A stretch of 64,000 nt of DNA, from NCBI GenBank assembly GCA_963777605.1, contig CAVZRV010000015.1, positions 128,001 to 192,000 of the forward strand, read 5' to 3'. This document shows, in pieces, positions 30,643 to 42,268 of this stretch. The position numbers and the translations under genes were made by a program. The notes beneath the pieces are model-generated. The model did no database searches. It saw only the letters and a list, made by a program, of their open reading frames with translations, and was not told the DNA's origin. Numbering within the stretch: position 1 is the stretch's first letter; every line of letters starts with the position of its first letter. This stretch comes from an uncultured Acidobacteriota bacterium (lineage in GTDB: Bacteria > Acidobacteriota > UBA6911 > RPQK01 > JAPXNP01).

Positions 30643-31185
30643 ATGTACTGTGCGCTGGCAGTTGTCGCGTTGTCCCTTGCACTGAGTTTAGGACTCCCCC
30701 CAAAGATCGCTTCCCAATCCCAGGAAACCGCCGAGAATCGTGCCGAGATTCTGGACGCGGCCCGCGATCTGATGCGGGCCTCTCACTACTGTGCCCTCAT
30801 CACGCTCGGGGATGATGGTCGGCCGCTGGCTCGTACCATGGACCCGTTCGAGCCAACCCCTGACTTTCACGTCTGGCTCGGGACCAACAAGCGGACCCAC
30901 AAGATCGCCCAGATCCGGAAGGATCCGCGGGTCACCCTGTACTACTTCTCACCCGATTCTCCGGGCTACGTCACCATCCTCGGATCGGCCCGAATCGTGG
31001 ATGACGCCGCAGCCAGGAAGCAGTACTGGAAGAAGGAGTGGGCTGATTTCTACGAGGACGGGAACGAGGGCCCCGACTACATCCTGATCGAAGTCGTTCC
31101 GCAGACGATCCAGGTCGTCAGCTACAGCCACGGCATCGCCAGCGATCCACAAACCTGGGGCCCGGCGACCGTGAATTTTCCTTAG
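30643..31185 (+). CDS. Pyridoxamine 5'-phosphate oxidase-like (general stress protein 26) protein
   Basis: P.ARTMDP, K..QI..DPRVTLYY, YVTILG.A; signal peptide. Confidence 0.8.
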   Translation: MYCALAVVALSLALSLGLPPKIASQSQETAENRAEILDAARDLMRASHYCALITLGDDGRPLARTMDPFEPTPDFHVWLGTNKRTHKIAQIRKDPRVTLYYFSPDSPGYVTILGSARIVDDAAARKQYWKKEWADFYEDGNEGPDYILIEVVPQTIQVVSYSHGIASDPQTWGPATVNFP

Positions 31186-31461
31186 TACTCACGATCATAG
31201 ATCCGGTCACGTTTATTGGGAGTGCGACGGTTCCCTGCTCGCGGCGCGACGGCGAGGCTATGATCGGGAGTACTTAGTCGGGAGGTCAGCGTTCGAAAAC
31301 GAGGTCCTGCCCCTCGGCAAGGGAAAAGGACCTCCGCTGCCCGTCGATTGCGATGCTGTACTTTCCTGGTGCATTGAACCTTGAATTTGCCGAAAAGTTA
31401 ATCAACACTTTTGCCAGTACATTTCCTTCCCGAAAACAGCAATTTACGTCTGGAGAACAGT

Positions 31462-31845
31462 ATGAAACCAGTACTCGGCAAAGTTGAACCTCAGATATAC
31501 GCACTGATGCGGATCGTTGTCGGCCTGCTTTTCTTCTGCCATGGAGCCCAGAAGATCCTCGGCCTGTTCGGAGGGATGCAGGGTCACACAGTTCCGCTCT
31601 TCTCGAAATTCGGGGCCGCCGGGCTGATCGAGATTACCGCGGGAATCATGCTGATGCTCGGAATCTATGCCGGCTATGCCGCTTTCATCGCCTGCGGCCA
31701 GATGGCCGTGGCCTACTTCACGGTGCACTTTCCACGCGGCTTCTGGCCGATCCAGAATGGCGGAGAGCTGGCCGTACTCTACTGCTGGGTATTCCTCTAC
31801 ATTGCAGCCAAGGGCTCCGGGACCTGGAGCGTCACCCGGCGCTGA
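31462..31845 (+). CDS. DoxX-family membrane protein
   Basis: RIVVGLLFFCHGAQKILG, MAVAYF..H, PIQNGGELA. Confidence 0.9.
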   Translation: MKPVLGKVEPQIYALMRIVVGLLFFCHGAQKILGLFGGMQGHTVPLFSKFGAAGLIEITAGIMLMLGIYAGYAAFIACGQMAVAYFTVHFPRGFWPIQNGGELAVLYCWVFLYIAAKGSGTWSVTRR

Positions 31846-32136
31846 TCGAAAGTTCAATCGGGCGGATTTGAAAACCTGGAGAATTTGGACCGTCTGGAGG
31901 GAGATCGCAGCTTCGAAATCGGACCCGCAGTCAACTGCCTTTAGGCATCCCGCGCCAAAGGCGCTGAATCATTCTAAGTCCATCGGTCGTACGATTCCTG
32001 GAACCAATCCGACAAACAGAGAGGGCGTCGGCTGGCATGCGGCCCGATCTCAAGGCTCCGGGATCGAGATGACTCTCGACTCCGGAGCAGGGCCAACTTC
32101 CATCCGGCGCCCAGTTCAACCGAGTAGAACCGGTTC

Positions 32137-32556
32137 TCAGCCCCGCTTGCGCGACTGTCCGGGAACCCGGTGGGTCAGGTGAGAGACCTTGTGCAGGTCG
32201 AGTGCGTTCAGAGGAATCATCCAACCCACTTCGAGGCCCTCGATCTTCAACCCGGAGAGGTAATCCTGGTTTCCGACTTTTTCGAAAGTCAGTTCGGTAT
32301 TCGAAGCGGGATTTGCGGAATCAGTAATCTCAGCGAGAAACACCACTTCGTGCTTCCCGTCCTGGCTTCGGATTGACCAGGTGTTGAAGTCATCAGAAAG
32401 TTGGACAGCTTCGTATTGGCCAGCGGGCAAGATCGTCTTTTCGACCTTGAACGGGAATGGAATGTTGCTGTCGATGACGTGATCGGGATCGTCAGCGTAC
32501 AAAGAAAGAAGGCTGAATGCCATGACTATGGTTGCGACTAAAAGTGTTCTTCTCAT
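32137..32556 (-). CDS. Secreted hypothetical protein (IPFxFxVxxxxLPAGxY family)
   Basis: Signal peptide and AAGGAGG RBS; shares LxFEKVG..YL with 10346-10753. Confidence 0.75.
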   Translation of the reverse strand: MRRTLLVATIVMAFSLLSLYADDPDHVIDSNIPFPFKVEKTILPAGQYEAVQLSDDFNTWSIRSQDGKHEVVFLAEITDSANPASNTELTFEKVGNQDYLSGLKIEGLEVGWMIPLNALDLHKVSHLTHRVPGQSRKRG

Positions 32557-32599
32557 ATTTTGTATCCTCCTTACGGAACGTATTTCAATTCTTTAATCA

Positions 32600-32616
32600 A
32601 GCAATGTCCGTTCCAA
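32600..32616 (-). promoter_or_regulatory. Putative sigma54 promoter
   Basis: TTGGAAC-GGACA-TTGCT about 45 bp upstream of ATG 32556. Confidence 0.6.
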
Positions 32617-33067
32617 CCATTCACAGATCTCTAAATGCCTGTCTTGGAAAGCCTCGCATCGACCCGATCGCTCATTTCGAGCGGCGAAGCGAGGCTGAAT
32701 TGACGCCTACACTCAAAATTGCCACGGTTTCTATGCCCGGGCGCTTTGTCCTCCCGAATACGGTCTTCACGCTACAGGGTTACAATTGAAGCAGTTAGAT
32801 CCTGGATCAGTTTTTCCAAAGAAACGGGAAGAGCGCGATTGGCTTAAGTTGGACCTTGTTCCAAGGCTCTGGGTCGCACACAGAATCCGAGCATGAGCCT
32901 GAGAACCCGCTTTTCTGGGAAGGTTCACCACGATTGTGGATACGCAGACCCTCTGGATGACCCTTCTCTCAGATCTCGTGGTTTCGCAAACTGGAAATTG
33001 AGGTAGCCAAGGTCTACCACTTCGAAATTAACAAACACGGCCTCTTCAGCGGGAGGCTTGGAGAAGA

Positions 33068-34199
33068 ATGATGAAAGCAATCGCCATCACCCCAGGAACC
33101 GCCAATGTAAAGCTCGTCGAGAGGGATGAACCTTCGATACAGAAGCCGGACGAAATCAAGCTTCAGGTACTCGAAGTGGGTATTTGCGGCACAGACCGGG
33201 AAGAAGTGAAAGGGGGACGGGCCGATGCTCCCGAAGGCCGGTCGGAACTCGTTATCGGACATGAGATGCTGGGCCGGGTTGTCGACGCTGGTGACAAGGT
33301 CACCCGGGTTCAGCCGGGAGACTACGCAGTCTTCACGGTCCGGCGAAGTTGTGGAGAGTGCCTGCCCGTGCCGAATGAACCGACCCGACATGTGTCGTAC
33401 GGGACGTTACCGTGAGCGTGGCATCAAGGGACTGGATGGGTATCAGACTGAGTTCGTGGTCGACTCGGAACAGTATGTCGTCCGCGTACCCGCCGAGTTG
33501 AACCGTGTTGGAGTACTGTCCGAACCACTGTCGGTCGCGGAGAAAGCAATTGACGAAGCCGTTCAGATCCAGGAAGCCCGCCTGCCCGACGCACCGGCCA
33601 CGCCCGCCTGGCTTCACGGGCGGCGGTGCATGGTGGCCGGCATCGGCCCCATCGGGCTCCTGGCCGCTCTTGCCCTTCGGCTTCGTGGCGCCGAGGTCTA
33701 CGGACTGGACATCGTCGATCCTGCGTCGGCGCGGCCCCGCTGGTTGGCGGCTATCGGGGGCAAGTACATTGACGGGCGCCAGGTTCCAGCCGATAAAGTG
33801 GATGATACTTTGGGACCGATGGATTTGATTCTCGAGTCGACCGGTGTTGCATCTCTGGAATTCAACCTGCTCGACGCACTTGCAACCGATGGCATATACG
33901 TTCTCACCGGAATTCCGGGAGGTGACCGCCCTCTGCAAATTCAGGGAGCCCAGTTGATTCGACAACTGGTTCTTTCCAACCAGGTCATGGTGGGCAGTGT
34001 CAACGCGGCCCGGGACCATTTCCAGATGGCGGTGGACGATCTGTCCCATGCACATGCACTCTGGGACCAACACGTTGACGGCTTGATCACGGGCCGTGTG
34101 CCATGTGATCAGTTCTCTAAAGCGTTCGGGCAACACGAAGACGACCAGATCAAGACCACAATCGACTGGCGATCTCAAAGCGGAGAAGAAACTCAATGA
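33068..34199 (+). CDS. Zn-dependent glucose 1-dehydrogenase (MDR family), frameshift near 33365
   Basis: GICGTDRE, GHE, CxxC/CR...DMC split across two frames, GIGPIG, GSVNA. Confidence 0.82.
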
Positions 34200-36621
34200 C
34201 AGGGACGATCGGCACAGCTCCAGGCGCCCCGGGATTGGACCCTCGATGGACTTCGGCCGCGAAGAGCGGTGTTGGAACCTCGCTCGAGTCCCAACAGCCG
34301 CGTCTGGTTTACCTTGAGTCACGGCATATTCAACGAGATTTACTACCCTCGGCTGGATCAGGCCTGCGTTCGGGACATGGGCCTGATTGTGACGGACGGC
34401 AAGGACTTCTTCTCCGAGGAGAAACGGCACACCACCAGCGAAATCTCGTGGCTGGGCAACGGGGTTCCCGGATACAGCCTTGTAAACACCTGTAAACAGG
34501 GGCGATACCGCGTCTACAAAGTCATCGTCACCGACCCGGACCGGGATGCCGTTCTTCAGCAACGCAGTTCAAAGCCTTGCAGGGACAGGCGGGGGACTAT
34601 CGAATGTTTGTGTTGCTGGCTCCTCACCTCGGCAATTTTGGGGCCGGCAATACGGCTTGGATCGACGATTACAAAGGAACTCCAATGCTGTTCGCCCAGC
34701 GAGATGGGACCTGCCTGGCATTGGCTTCCTCGGCCTCCTGGCTCCGGAGATCGGCCGGATACGTCGGCACGTCGGACGGCTGGCAGGATCTGACTGTGCA
34801 TAAACAGATGACCTGGACCTACCAGCGAGCCGAAGATGGCAATGTGGCTTTGACGGGAGAAATCGACCTGCCCGGTTCCCCCGACGGCGCCTTTCTCCTC
34901 GTTCTGGCTTTCGGCAGGACACCTGCGGAAGCCGGGCTTCGAGCCCGGGCCTGCCTGCTCAGCGGATTTGAGTACGCTCGCGCCGAGTACGAGCGCAGAT
35001 GGAAACATTGGCAAGGGCCGCCTGCTTCCAGTCGACAACGGCCACGATGGACTCTACAGGACGTCTACAGCAGTCCTTCGGACTCACGAATCGAGTCGCT
35101 TTCCGGGTGGGATGATCGCCAGCCTGTCGATCCCATGGGGATTCAGGAAAGGGGATGATGACCTCGGGCGGCTATCATCTTGCCTGGCCGAGGGATCTGG
35201 TGGAGACCGCCGGGGGCCTGCTGGCCGCCGGCGCGGTTGAGGACCTTCGGCGGGTCCTCGACTACCTGCGGGCAACCCAGGAACTCGACGGGCACTGGCC
35301 CCAGAACATGTGGCTCGATGGGACGTCCTTATTGGACCGGCGTCCAGATGGACGAGACGGCGTTCCCCATCCTTCTGGTGGACCTGGCCCGCCGCATGGG
35401 GGTCCTTGGCGACGACGGAATTGGCCGAATACTGGCCGATGGTGCGCAAGGCGTCCGCCTACCTGGTCCGCAACGGCCCGGTCACCCAGCAGGATCGCTG
35501 GGAAGAGGACCCGGGATACTCTCCCTTCACGTTGGCCGTCGAGATCGCCGCTCTGCTCGCGGCGGCTGAGATGGCGACGAGCGGCAGAAACCGGAGGATC
35601 GCCGCGGGCTATCTGCGGAAACCGCCGACGCCTGGAATGAAGGGATCGAGCGCTGGACCTACGTAACCGGGACCGACCTTGGCGCCGCGAGGTTCGGGGT
35701 GGAAGGTTACTACGTCCGGGTTGCCCCGCCCGACGGCGGGATCCAGCGCTTCCCCGGCAGAAGGATTCGTTCCGATCAAGAACTCGGCCCCCGCGGAGAG
35801 CCTGCAACCCGCCGGCCAGATCGTCAGCCCGGACGCCCTCGCACTGGTCCGATTCGGACTGCGTGCGCCGGACGATCCTCGCATTCTCGCAGACCGTGAA
35901 GGTCATCGACCACCTGCTGAAAGTGGAGACGCCCCGGCGGGCCCCTCTGGCGACGCTACAACGATGACGGCTACGGTGAACACGAAGACGGCATCGCGCA
36001 TTTGACGGAACCGGGAATAGGACGAGCCTGGCCATTGCTGACCGGAGAACGGGCCCACTATGAACTGGCCGCCGGTCGCCGCGATGAGGCGACGCCTTGA
36101 TAGGGCGATGGAGTCGTTCGCCAGTGCCGGGGGAATGCTCCCCGAGCAGGTCTGGGATGCGCCGGACATCCGCCGAACGGGAACTCTATTTCGGCCGACC
36201 TTCGGGGTCCGCTATGCCCCTGGTCTGGGCCCACGCCGAGTACATCAAACTCCGCCGCTCTCTCCGCGACGGCCGGGTCTTCGATATGCCGCCGCAGACG
36301 GTCGATCGCTATATCGAATGATTCGACGGAATCCCGAATCCGTGGATCTGGCGGTTCAACCACAAATCCAGGAGTCTCCCTGCCGGCAGGAACACTGCGC
36401 ATTGAGGTCCTGTCCGCTGCACTCGTCCGCTGGACCGTAGACGAGTGGGACACGTCCCGCGACGCACGAGACCCGGGATACGGGATTGGGAGTCCAAGTG
36501 GCGGATCTCGACACGACTCAGCTGAATCCGGAGCGCACGCATGTGAATTCACCTTCTACTGGCCGGAAAAGGGGCCTGGGAGGGGACCGACTTCAAGGTC
36601 CACGTCGTGCCCGGGACCTGA
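34196..36621 (+). pseudogene. GH15 glucoamylase/glucodextranase, heavily frameshifted
   Basis: Fragments in alternating frames: APG.PG..PRWTSAAK, EIYYPRLD, ASLSIPWG, GGYHLAWPRDL, QMDETAFP, QDRWEE, SAMPLVWAHAEY; roughly ten or more frame switches (true decay or read errors). Confidence 0.8.
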
Positions 36622-36688
36622 GGCTGCAGACCCCGACCGCCGGAGTTGCTTCCAGGAAGTTCGGTTCGGGAGGGTCTATAGTGGATTC

Positions 36689-37195
36689 ATGATTAAGTAC
36701 TTCACAATCGCAGCTGCCGCTGTCGTGGCACTTGGAATTTTCGCAAGAAGTTCGGCAGCAAAACCGGAGGCAGAACATACCCGGGTTGTAGGTCCTTACC
36801 GGTTTGAATTAGAGGTCCTGCCCCCCGAACCGTTCTATACCAAAACCCAGGTCGAGTCGGAGCACGTCAAGAAGGGCATGTTGGTCATTCGAGGCGCAGT
36901 GCCTGTCCAGCCCGGAGCAAACTCTCATCCGGACCATCACCTGGTCGTTCACCTGTTTGACAAGACATCCGGCAAGGCGGTCACTGGGGCCCAAGTCACC
37001 ATGAGATACCAAGAACTTGCGCAGGACGGAGAGCCCTCAGGACCAGCCACCCGCTTACCGGTGACTGAAATGCAGGTGATCGGCAAGGGGCCATCGACCA
37101 CCCATTACGGCAACAATGTCACCTTGCCGTCCGGAAGTTACCAGGTCACGATCGAGGCCAACAATACCACTGCAACGTTCACGATCAAGGTGTGA
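36689..37195 (+). CDS. Secreted hypothetical protein, possible metal binder (P19/Tp34-like motif)
   Basis: Signal peptide, HHLVVH and HYGNNV. Confidence 0.6.
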   Translation: MIKYFTIAAAAVVALGIFARSSAAKPEAEHTRVVGPYRFELEVLPPEPFYTKTQVESEHVKKGMLVIRGAVPVQPGANSHPDHHLVVHLFDKTSGKAVTGAQVTMRYQELAQDGEPSGPATRLPVTEMQVIGKGPSTTHYGNNVTLPSGSYQVTIEANNTTATFTIKV

Positions 37196-37235
37196 GCCGG
37201 TAGCGCCGAGCGCCACGAACTGGGACAATTGAGCC

Positions 37236-38492
37236 ATGAAGTTCGTCCTGCCCTCGTCGCGACGCCGCTTTTTTCAGCAACTTTCGGCTGCCGGAGTGAT
37301 CCTGCCTGGCTTTGCAGAACTTTCGGCTTCGACCCAAGAGGGTTCGGCGGGCGCCTTGCCCGACATCGGGACGCTCTACCCCCAGATCGAAAGCATCGCC
37401 CAGCGAAACACCTATCCCTACTCCTATCTGGTGCGGGATTATCCCGATACTGCCAGTTACCGTAGGACCGTTCGAAACAAGGTGTTTGAGCTCTTTCATT
37501 ACGACCCGCCTCCAGTCGATCCTGCTCCCAAACTCGTTGACCGCTGGGAGCACGACGATTACATCCAGGAGAAGATTGTCTTTTCGACAACTCCGTGGTT
37601 CCAGGTACCCGCCTATGTACTCACTCCAAGGGGATTCAAGGGCCGGCGGCCGGGCATCGTTGACCTCCATTCCCACGGCGGCATGTTCGTCTTCGGCAAA
37701 GAGAAAGTGATGCCGATGCCGGGAGGCGATCACCCGGCCATCACCGAGTACCGAAAAAACAACTACGACGGCGTGTCCACTTCCCTCCAGCTCTGCAAAC
37801 GAGGATACGTGGTGGTCTCGATCGACTGTTTCTACTTTGGCGAACGCCGAACGCGATTTGGGGACCTCCCCGAACGATTGGCGGGTGACCGCAACGCCCT
37901 CAGTGTCTCCGAGGTTCAGCAGGTCAACCGCCGAGCCGGCCAGGGGGAAGCCACGCTGGCGAAGAGCTTGTTCTGGGCCGGGACGACCTGGCAGGGAATT
38001 GCCCACTGGGATGACATTCGAACCGTTGACTATCTCATGAGCCGGGCGGACGTCGATCCCGAGCGGATCGGGTGCCTGGGCATTTCCATGGGTGGGGACC
38101 GAACCGACTACCTGTCGGGACTCGACGAACGGATTCGCTGCGCCGTCTCGATCGGATGGATGTCCACCCTGCGGGAGATGATCCCCCATCACGTTGACAC
38201 TCACAGCTTCATGCACTTCGTTCCCGGCCTTACCCACTTCATCGACCTGCCCGACCTGATCGGCTGCATGGTCCCCAAGCCGTTGATGGTCCAGTACTGC
38301 CGCCAGGACAATCTCTATCCCCTCGACGGGATGGAGAAGTCCCGGGTCAAGCTCACGGATATCTATCAAAAGGCAGGCGCGCCGGACCGCTTCCAGGGCC
38401 GCTTTTACGACCGCCCTCACATGTTCGGGCTGGAAATGCAAAAGGACGCCTACGAGTGGCTCGATCGCTGGCTGGAACCGGAACGGGTATGA
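37236..38492 (+). CDS. Tat-exported alpha/beta hydrolase (dienelactone hydrolase-like)
   Basis: SRRRFF, LHSHGG, DYL..R.DVDPERIGC.GISMGG. Confidence 0.82.
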   Translation: MKFVLPSSRRRFFQQLSAAGVILPGFAELSASTQEGSAGALPDIGTLYPQIESIAQRNTYPYSYLVRDYPDTASYRRTVRNKVFELFHYDPPPVDPAPKLVDRWEHDDYIQEKIVFSTTPWFQVPAYVLTPRGFKGRRPGIVDLHSHGGMFVFGKEKVMPMPGGDHPAITEYRKNNYDGVSTSLQLCKRGYVVVSIDCFYFGERRTRFGDLPERLAGDRNALSVSEVQQVNRRAGQGEATLAKSLFWAGTTWQGIAHWDDIRTVDYLMSRADVDPERIGCLGISMGGDRTDYLSGLDERIRCAVSIGWMSTLREMIPHHVDTHSFMHFVPGLTHFIDLPDLIGCMVPKPLMVQYCRQDNLYPLDGMEKSRVKLTDIYQKAGAPDRFQGRFYDRPHMFGLEMQKDAYEWLDRWLEPERV

Positions 38493-38507
38493 GCGACGAC
38501 GGGAAAG

Positions 38508-38885
38508 CGGTTTCTGGTTTCGGGTTTCGGGTTTCGGGTTCAAGTCACATAGCCCCGCCCCCGGCCGCCGCCGGATCATTCAAAGAGTGAAACTGGTTTT
38601 GGGTTTCGGGTGCCGAGTGCTTGGGATTTCATCCAGCTTCCAATTCCCGCTTCCCGATTCCTCCAAAATGAAGTTTCAATTTAGCTTTGCCGGAGTTCCG
38701 CCCCGCTCGCGGGGCGGAATGGAGTAGCCCAGGATGTAACGAAGCGGAATCCTGGGTTTGCCCGGCACACCATCCACCTCAAGTCCCGCCTCCGGGGGAC
38801 GACATGGAGGGAATGAAACGTTGAACTTGGAACTTTGAACCCGGACACCCGAACCCAGGAACCAGGAACCAGGAACCAGGAACTT
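38508..38885. repeat. Intergenic repeat cluster: heptamer arrays, dispersed repeat copy B and a REP-like hairpin element
   Basis: (GGGTTTC)n near 38508-38540; repeat copy at 38551-38596; hairpins at 38698-38803; (CCAGGAA)x4 at 38855-38882. Confidence 0.75.
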
Positions 38886-40796
38886 CATTCCCCGTCAATC
38901 GGCAGCGCATACGCGACCAGGACGTCCGACCAGTGGTCCGGGCTGAATGCCCCCCCTCCGCCGGCTGCGATCACCACGTATTGACGGCCGTCACTTCCCA
39001 GGTAGGTGGCAGGAGTGGCATGACCGCTCGCCTCGAGGTCCGCGGTCCAGAGCTCTTCTCCCGACGCGGCATCAAAAGCCCGGAACCTGCGATCGTTGGT
39101 ACCGGCGATGAAGACGAGGCCTCCCGACGTGACGATCGAACCGCCAAGGTTGGGTGCGCCCGTCTTCTGAACTCCCCTGGCTTCCAGTTCCCGTACGCTG
39201 CCGAGAGGCACCTTCCAGGCGATGGTCCCGGTCTTCAGGTCGACGGCGTTCAGAGTCCCCCAGGGCGGCTGCTGGCAGGGCCAACGATTCTCATCCCAGA
39301 ACCGGGCATACGCCCCCCATTGACTGTTTCGTCGATAGGAGCCGTCATCGGTCTTCTCCATGAGGGCGATACGCCCGACCTCGTTCACGTTGACGTAGAG
39401 GAGACCGGATCCCGGATCGAATGAAGCACCCGACCAGGTGGCACCTCCAAGCGTTCCCGGGAAGCTCAGCGTCAGTTCAGATCCCGCTGGAGTAAAGACG
39501 CCGCCACTCGTGGAACGATCGAATAGGTTCCGGCAGTACTGATTCGACTCCGGCGTCACCGTCGTCAACTCCTCCCGGGTCAGGGGCGTGATTCGGGCCA
39601 GAGGAGGAGGCTGCAGCGGAAAGGGTTGAGTCGCCCAGGTATGTTCTCCGGGAACAGTACTCTGGGGAACCGGTTGTTCCTCAACCGGAAAGATCGGCTC
39701 GCCGGTCACTCTGTCCAGCACGTATACAAACCCCATCTTAGTCACCTGGACCACCGCCGGGATCGTAATTCCGTCCCGCTCGACATCGACGAGTACCGGT
39801 TGTGCCGGAAGGTCAAAATCCCAGATGTCATGGTGAACCATTTGGAAGTGCCACAGTTTCTTCCCGGTGGCGGCGTCAAGGGCGACCAGGCAATTTCCAT
39901 AGAGGTTCTCACCCTCGCGGTCTGCCCCGTAGAAGTCATAGGCGGGCGAGCCGACGGGAAGAAAGGCGATGCCTCGTTCCTGAGTCAACGCTGATCATCG
40001 ACCAGACATTGGTGCCGGTCCGATCCGCCCTTCCCTCTTTCGGCCAGGTCTCTGACTCCCGGAGTTCCCCGTCCAGGGGGACGGTTTGGAAAACCCAGAT
40101 CGGTTCTCCAGTGCGTGTATCGAACGCCCGAACCGCACCACTGGGACCGTGGGATGGGCCCTCCGGCACAAGCGCCCCCACAATCAGAAGATTCTGGTAA
40201 ACGGCCGGAGGAGAGGTAACCGCGAACTCCAAGTCCCGCCACTTGGGAGACAAGTCCTTCTTTAGATCGAGGAATCCCCCCTCGGCAAAATCGGGGCATG
40301 GCCGTCCTTGCTCCGTGTCGAGGCAAACCAGGCGCCCGTCCGGAAGGGGCGCGAAAAGACGTCCGCCTTCTCCCTCCCAATAGGCAACACCGCGGTTGGC
40401 CTGAAACTTCCGGTCGGCGGTCCTGCCCGGGAAGGGATCGAATTCCCAGATTTCCTCCCCGTTCGTCGCGTCGAGAGCGACGACACGCCCGGATGGCGTC
40501 GAGAGAAGAAGCCGGTTTCCAATGACCAGGGGAGTGCATTCGAATGCGGCCGGCCTCGACAGCGACGCGGAATTCATCCACTCCGCCTCGCCGGTGCTGA
40601 AAGTCCAGGCCGGGACCAATCCCCGTACGTTCTCGACATTGATCTGGTCGAGTGGCGAAAAGCGCTCGCCGCCGGGGTCATGACCGTAAAACGCCCATTC
40701 GGCTGCATGGCCTGGGGATGCCGGGGGTAGTTCGGAACAGGCGCCCAGAACGAGCAGAGCCAAAGAAAGCGTTAGGAAACGGGCAAAACTCGTCAT
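38885..40796 (-). CDS. PQQ-dependent glucose/quinate-type dehydrogenase lipoprotein, frameshift near 39985
   Basis: RFSPLDQIN..NV, NRGVAYW, HHDIWDFDLPAQP, TP.TY...DGRQYVVIAAGG; lipobox LGAC. Confidence 0.87.
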
Positions 40797-40846
40797 AGAA
40801 AGTTCCATTCTGATTTCGAAGCCGAGGTCATGCCGAAGCCGTTTCA

Positions 40847-42268
40847 TCAACCCGCCATCGAGGCAATTCGCGCGGCGACCCGGTTCGCCGACCGGGTGGC
40901 CGCCTCCATGCCCCAGTTGAGGTTGTCGGCGTACGCCCCGGCGAAGTGCAGCCGACCGAAAGGTTCGATGATGGCAGGCCAAATCCTGGTCAATTCCCCC
41001 GGCCGGCAGGGAACCGTTTCGCAACTCGAACACCAGTCCTCCTCAGGCCAGCGCAGCACGTGAACCTGTTCGATCGAGTCCGTCTTCCCCGGGTAGACCG
41101 ACCGGAAGGCCTCGAGTACCGATTCGGCGGAGGCCAAGCCGGGAGCGGTACCTTCGAGGAAACCCCGGTCGGTTGGCACTTCGGCGGCCATCTGCCAGAT
41201 ATTGGAGAGCGAGGGATGCCCAACCGAGAGGTTGGGACTGACGCCGTCCTCCTCCCAGAACCGGGTCCGCGACTGGATCGCCACCCGCGTGTGGGAGTAA
41301 TAGTTCAGCAACTCGATCGCCTGCTGTTTCTCGGCGGGGAGATGCGGTTCGAGGTTCAAGCCGGCCAACTGCCCCAGGTTGATGCAACTGACGGCGAAAT
41401 CGGCCTTGATCACCCGGTCTTCACCTCCAAAGAGACGATAGCGGACGGCAACCGAGCCTTCGTCCTGGGACAGTCCGGTCACCGGGCATCCGCGCCAGAC
41501 GCGGGAACCGAGCCGCGCCGCAAACGCGTCGCAGATCCCCTGGTTTCCTCCCACCAGCCTGAAGATCTGGCGGGGAAACAGCGGGACCCCTCTGATCTGG
41601 AGGATCGCCGTGTGCCAGAGTTCGTGAAGGGCCGAAGCCCCGCCACCCAGTCGAGCAATCGCCGCTTTGGACGCTCCCTCCCGGGTCAGGAATTCTTCCA
41701 TCGAGAGTTCATCGAGACGCCTCAGGTCTCCCGGAAAGGGGTCGTACTCATCGTCGAACTCGTCCAGGTACGGCTTGAAAAACAGCAACGGGAGGTCGCT
41801 CCAGTCGTGTTGGGACAGGAACTGAACTTCGCGGGGACTGAAGTTTCTCGCCCTCAGCCAGGTTGGATCCTTCAGTTCGTCGTCCGTGTAGAACCGCCCG
41901 TCGATGCGGCGAAGCAGGTTGTCGCGCTGCAGGCAACGAGTCGTCTCGAGCCCGAATTCATCGACGTACTTCCAGAACAGTTCATATCCAGGCCGGGTGA
42001 TGTGTTCGGCGCCTCCGTCCAGGTACAGGCCGTCGGGAAAGGGATCGCGAACCGTCCGAACATGGCCTCCGATTCGCCCGGAAGCCTCCAGCACGGTCAC
42101 ATCAACTCCCTTGCGCATCAACTCGTACGCAGTGCACAGTCCGGCGATTCCGGCCCCAATGACAACGACTTTGGCTCCACTTGCCGGAGCGGAAGACCGC
42201 GCCAGCATCGGAGCCGACAACGTGGACGCAAGCGAAGCTTGCAGGAACCGACGCCTCGGCAACTTCAT
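40847..42268 (-). CDS. Tat-exported flavin monoamine/L-amino-acid oxidase family protein
   Basis: RRRFL, VVVIGAGIAGL, LEASGRIGG, LHFAG...GMEAA..S. Confidence 0.85.
   Translation of the reverse strand: MKLPRRRFLQASLASTLSAPMLARSSAPASGAKVVVIGAGIAGLCTAYELMRKGVDVTVLEASGRIGGHVRTVRDPFPDGLYLDGGAEHITRPGYELFWKYVDEFGLETTRCLQRDNLLRRIDGRFYTDDELKDPTWLRARNFSPREVQFLSQHDWSDLPLLFFKPYLDEFDDEYDPFPGDLRRLDELSMEEFLTREGASKAAIARLGGGASALHELWHTAILQIRGVPLFPRQIFRLVGGNQGICDAFAARLGSRVWRGCPVTGLSQDEGSVAVRYRLFGGEDRVIKADFAVSCINLGQLAGLNLEPHLPAEKQQAIELLNYYSHTRVAIQSRTRFWEEDGVSPNLSVGHPSLSNIWQMAAEVPTDRGFLEGTAPGLASAESVLEAFRSVYPGKTDSIEQVHVLRWPEEDWCSSCETVPCRPGELTRIWPAIIEPFGRLHFAGAYADNLNWGMEAATRSANRVAARIASMAG

Noticed and set aside
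32620-33060. Riboswitch upstream of the glucose dehydrogenase
   Set aside because: No conserved aptamer motifs or tetraloop enrichment seen.
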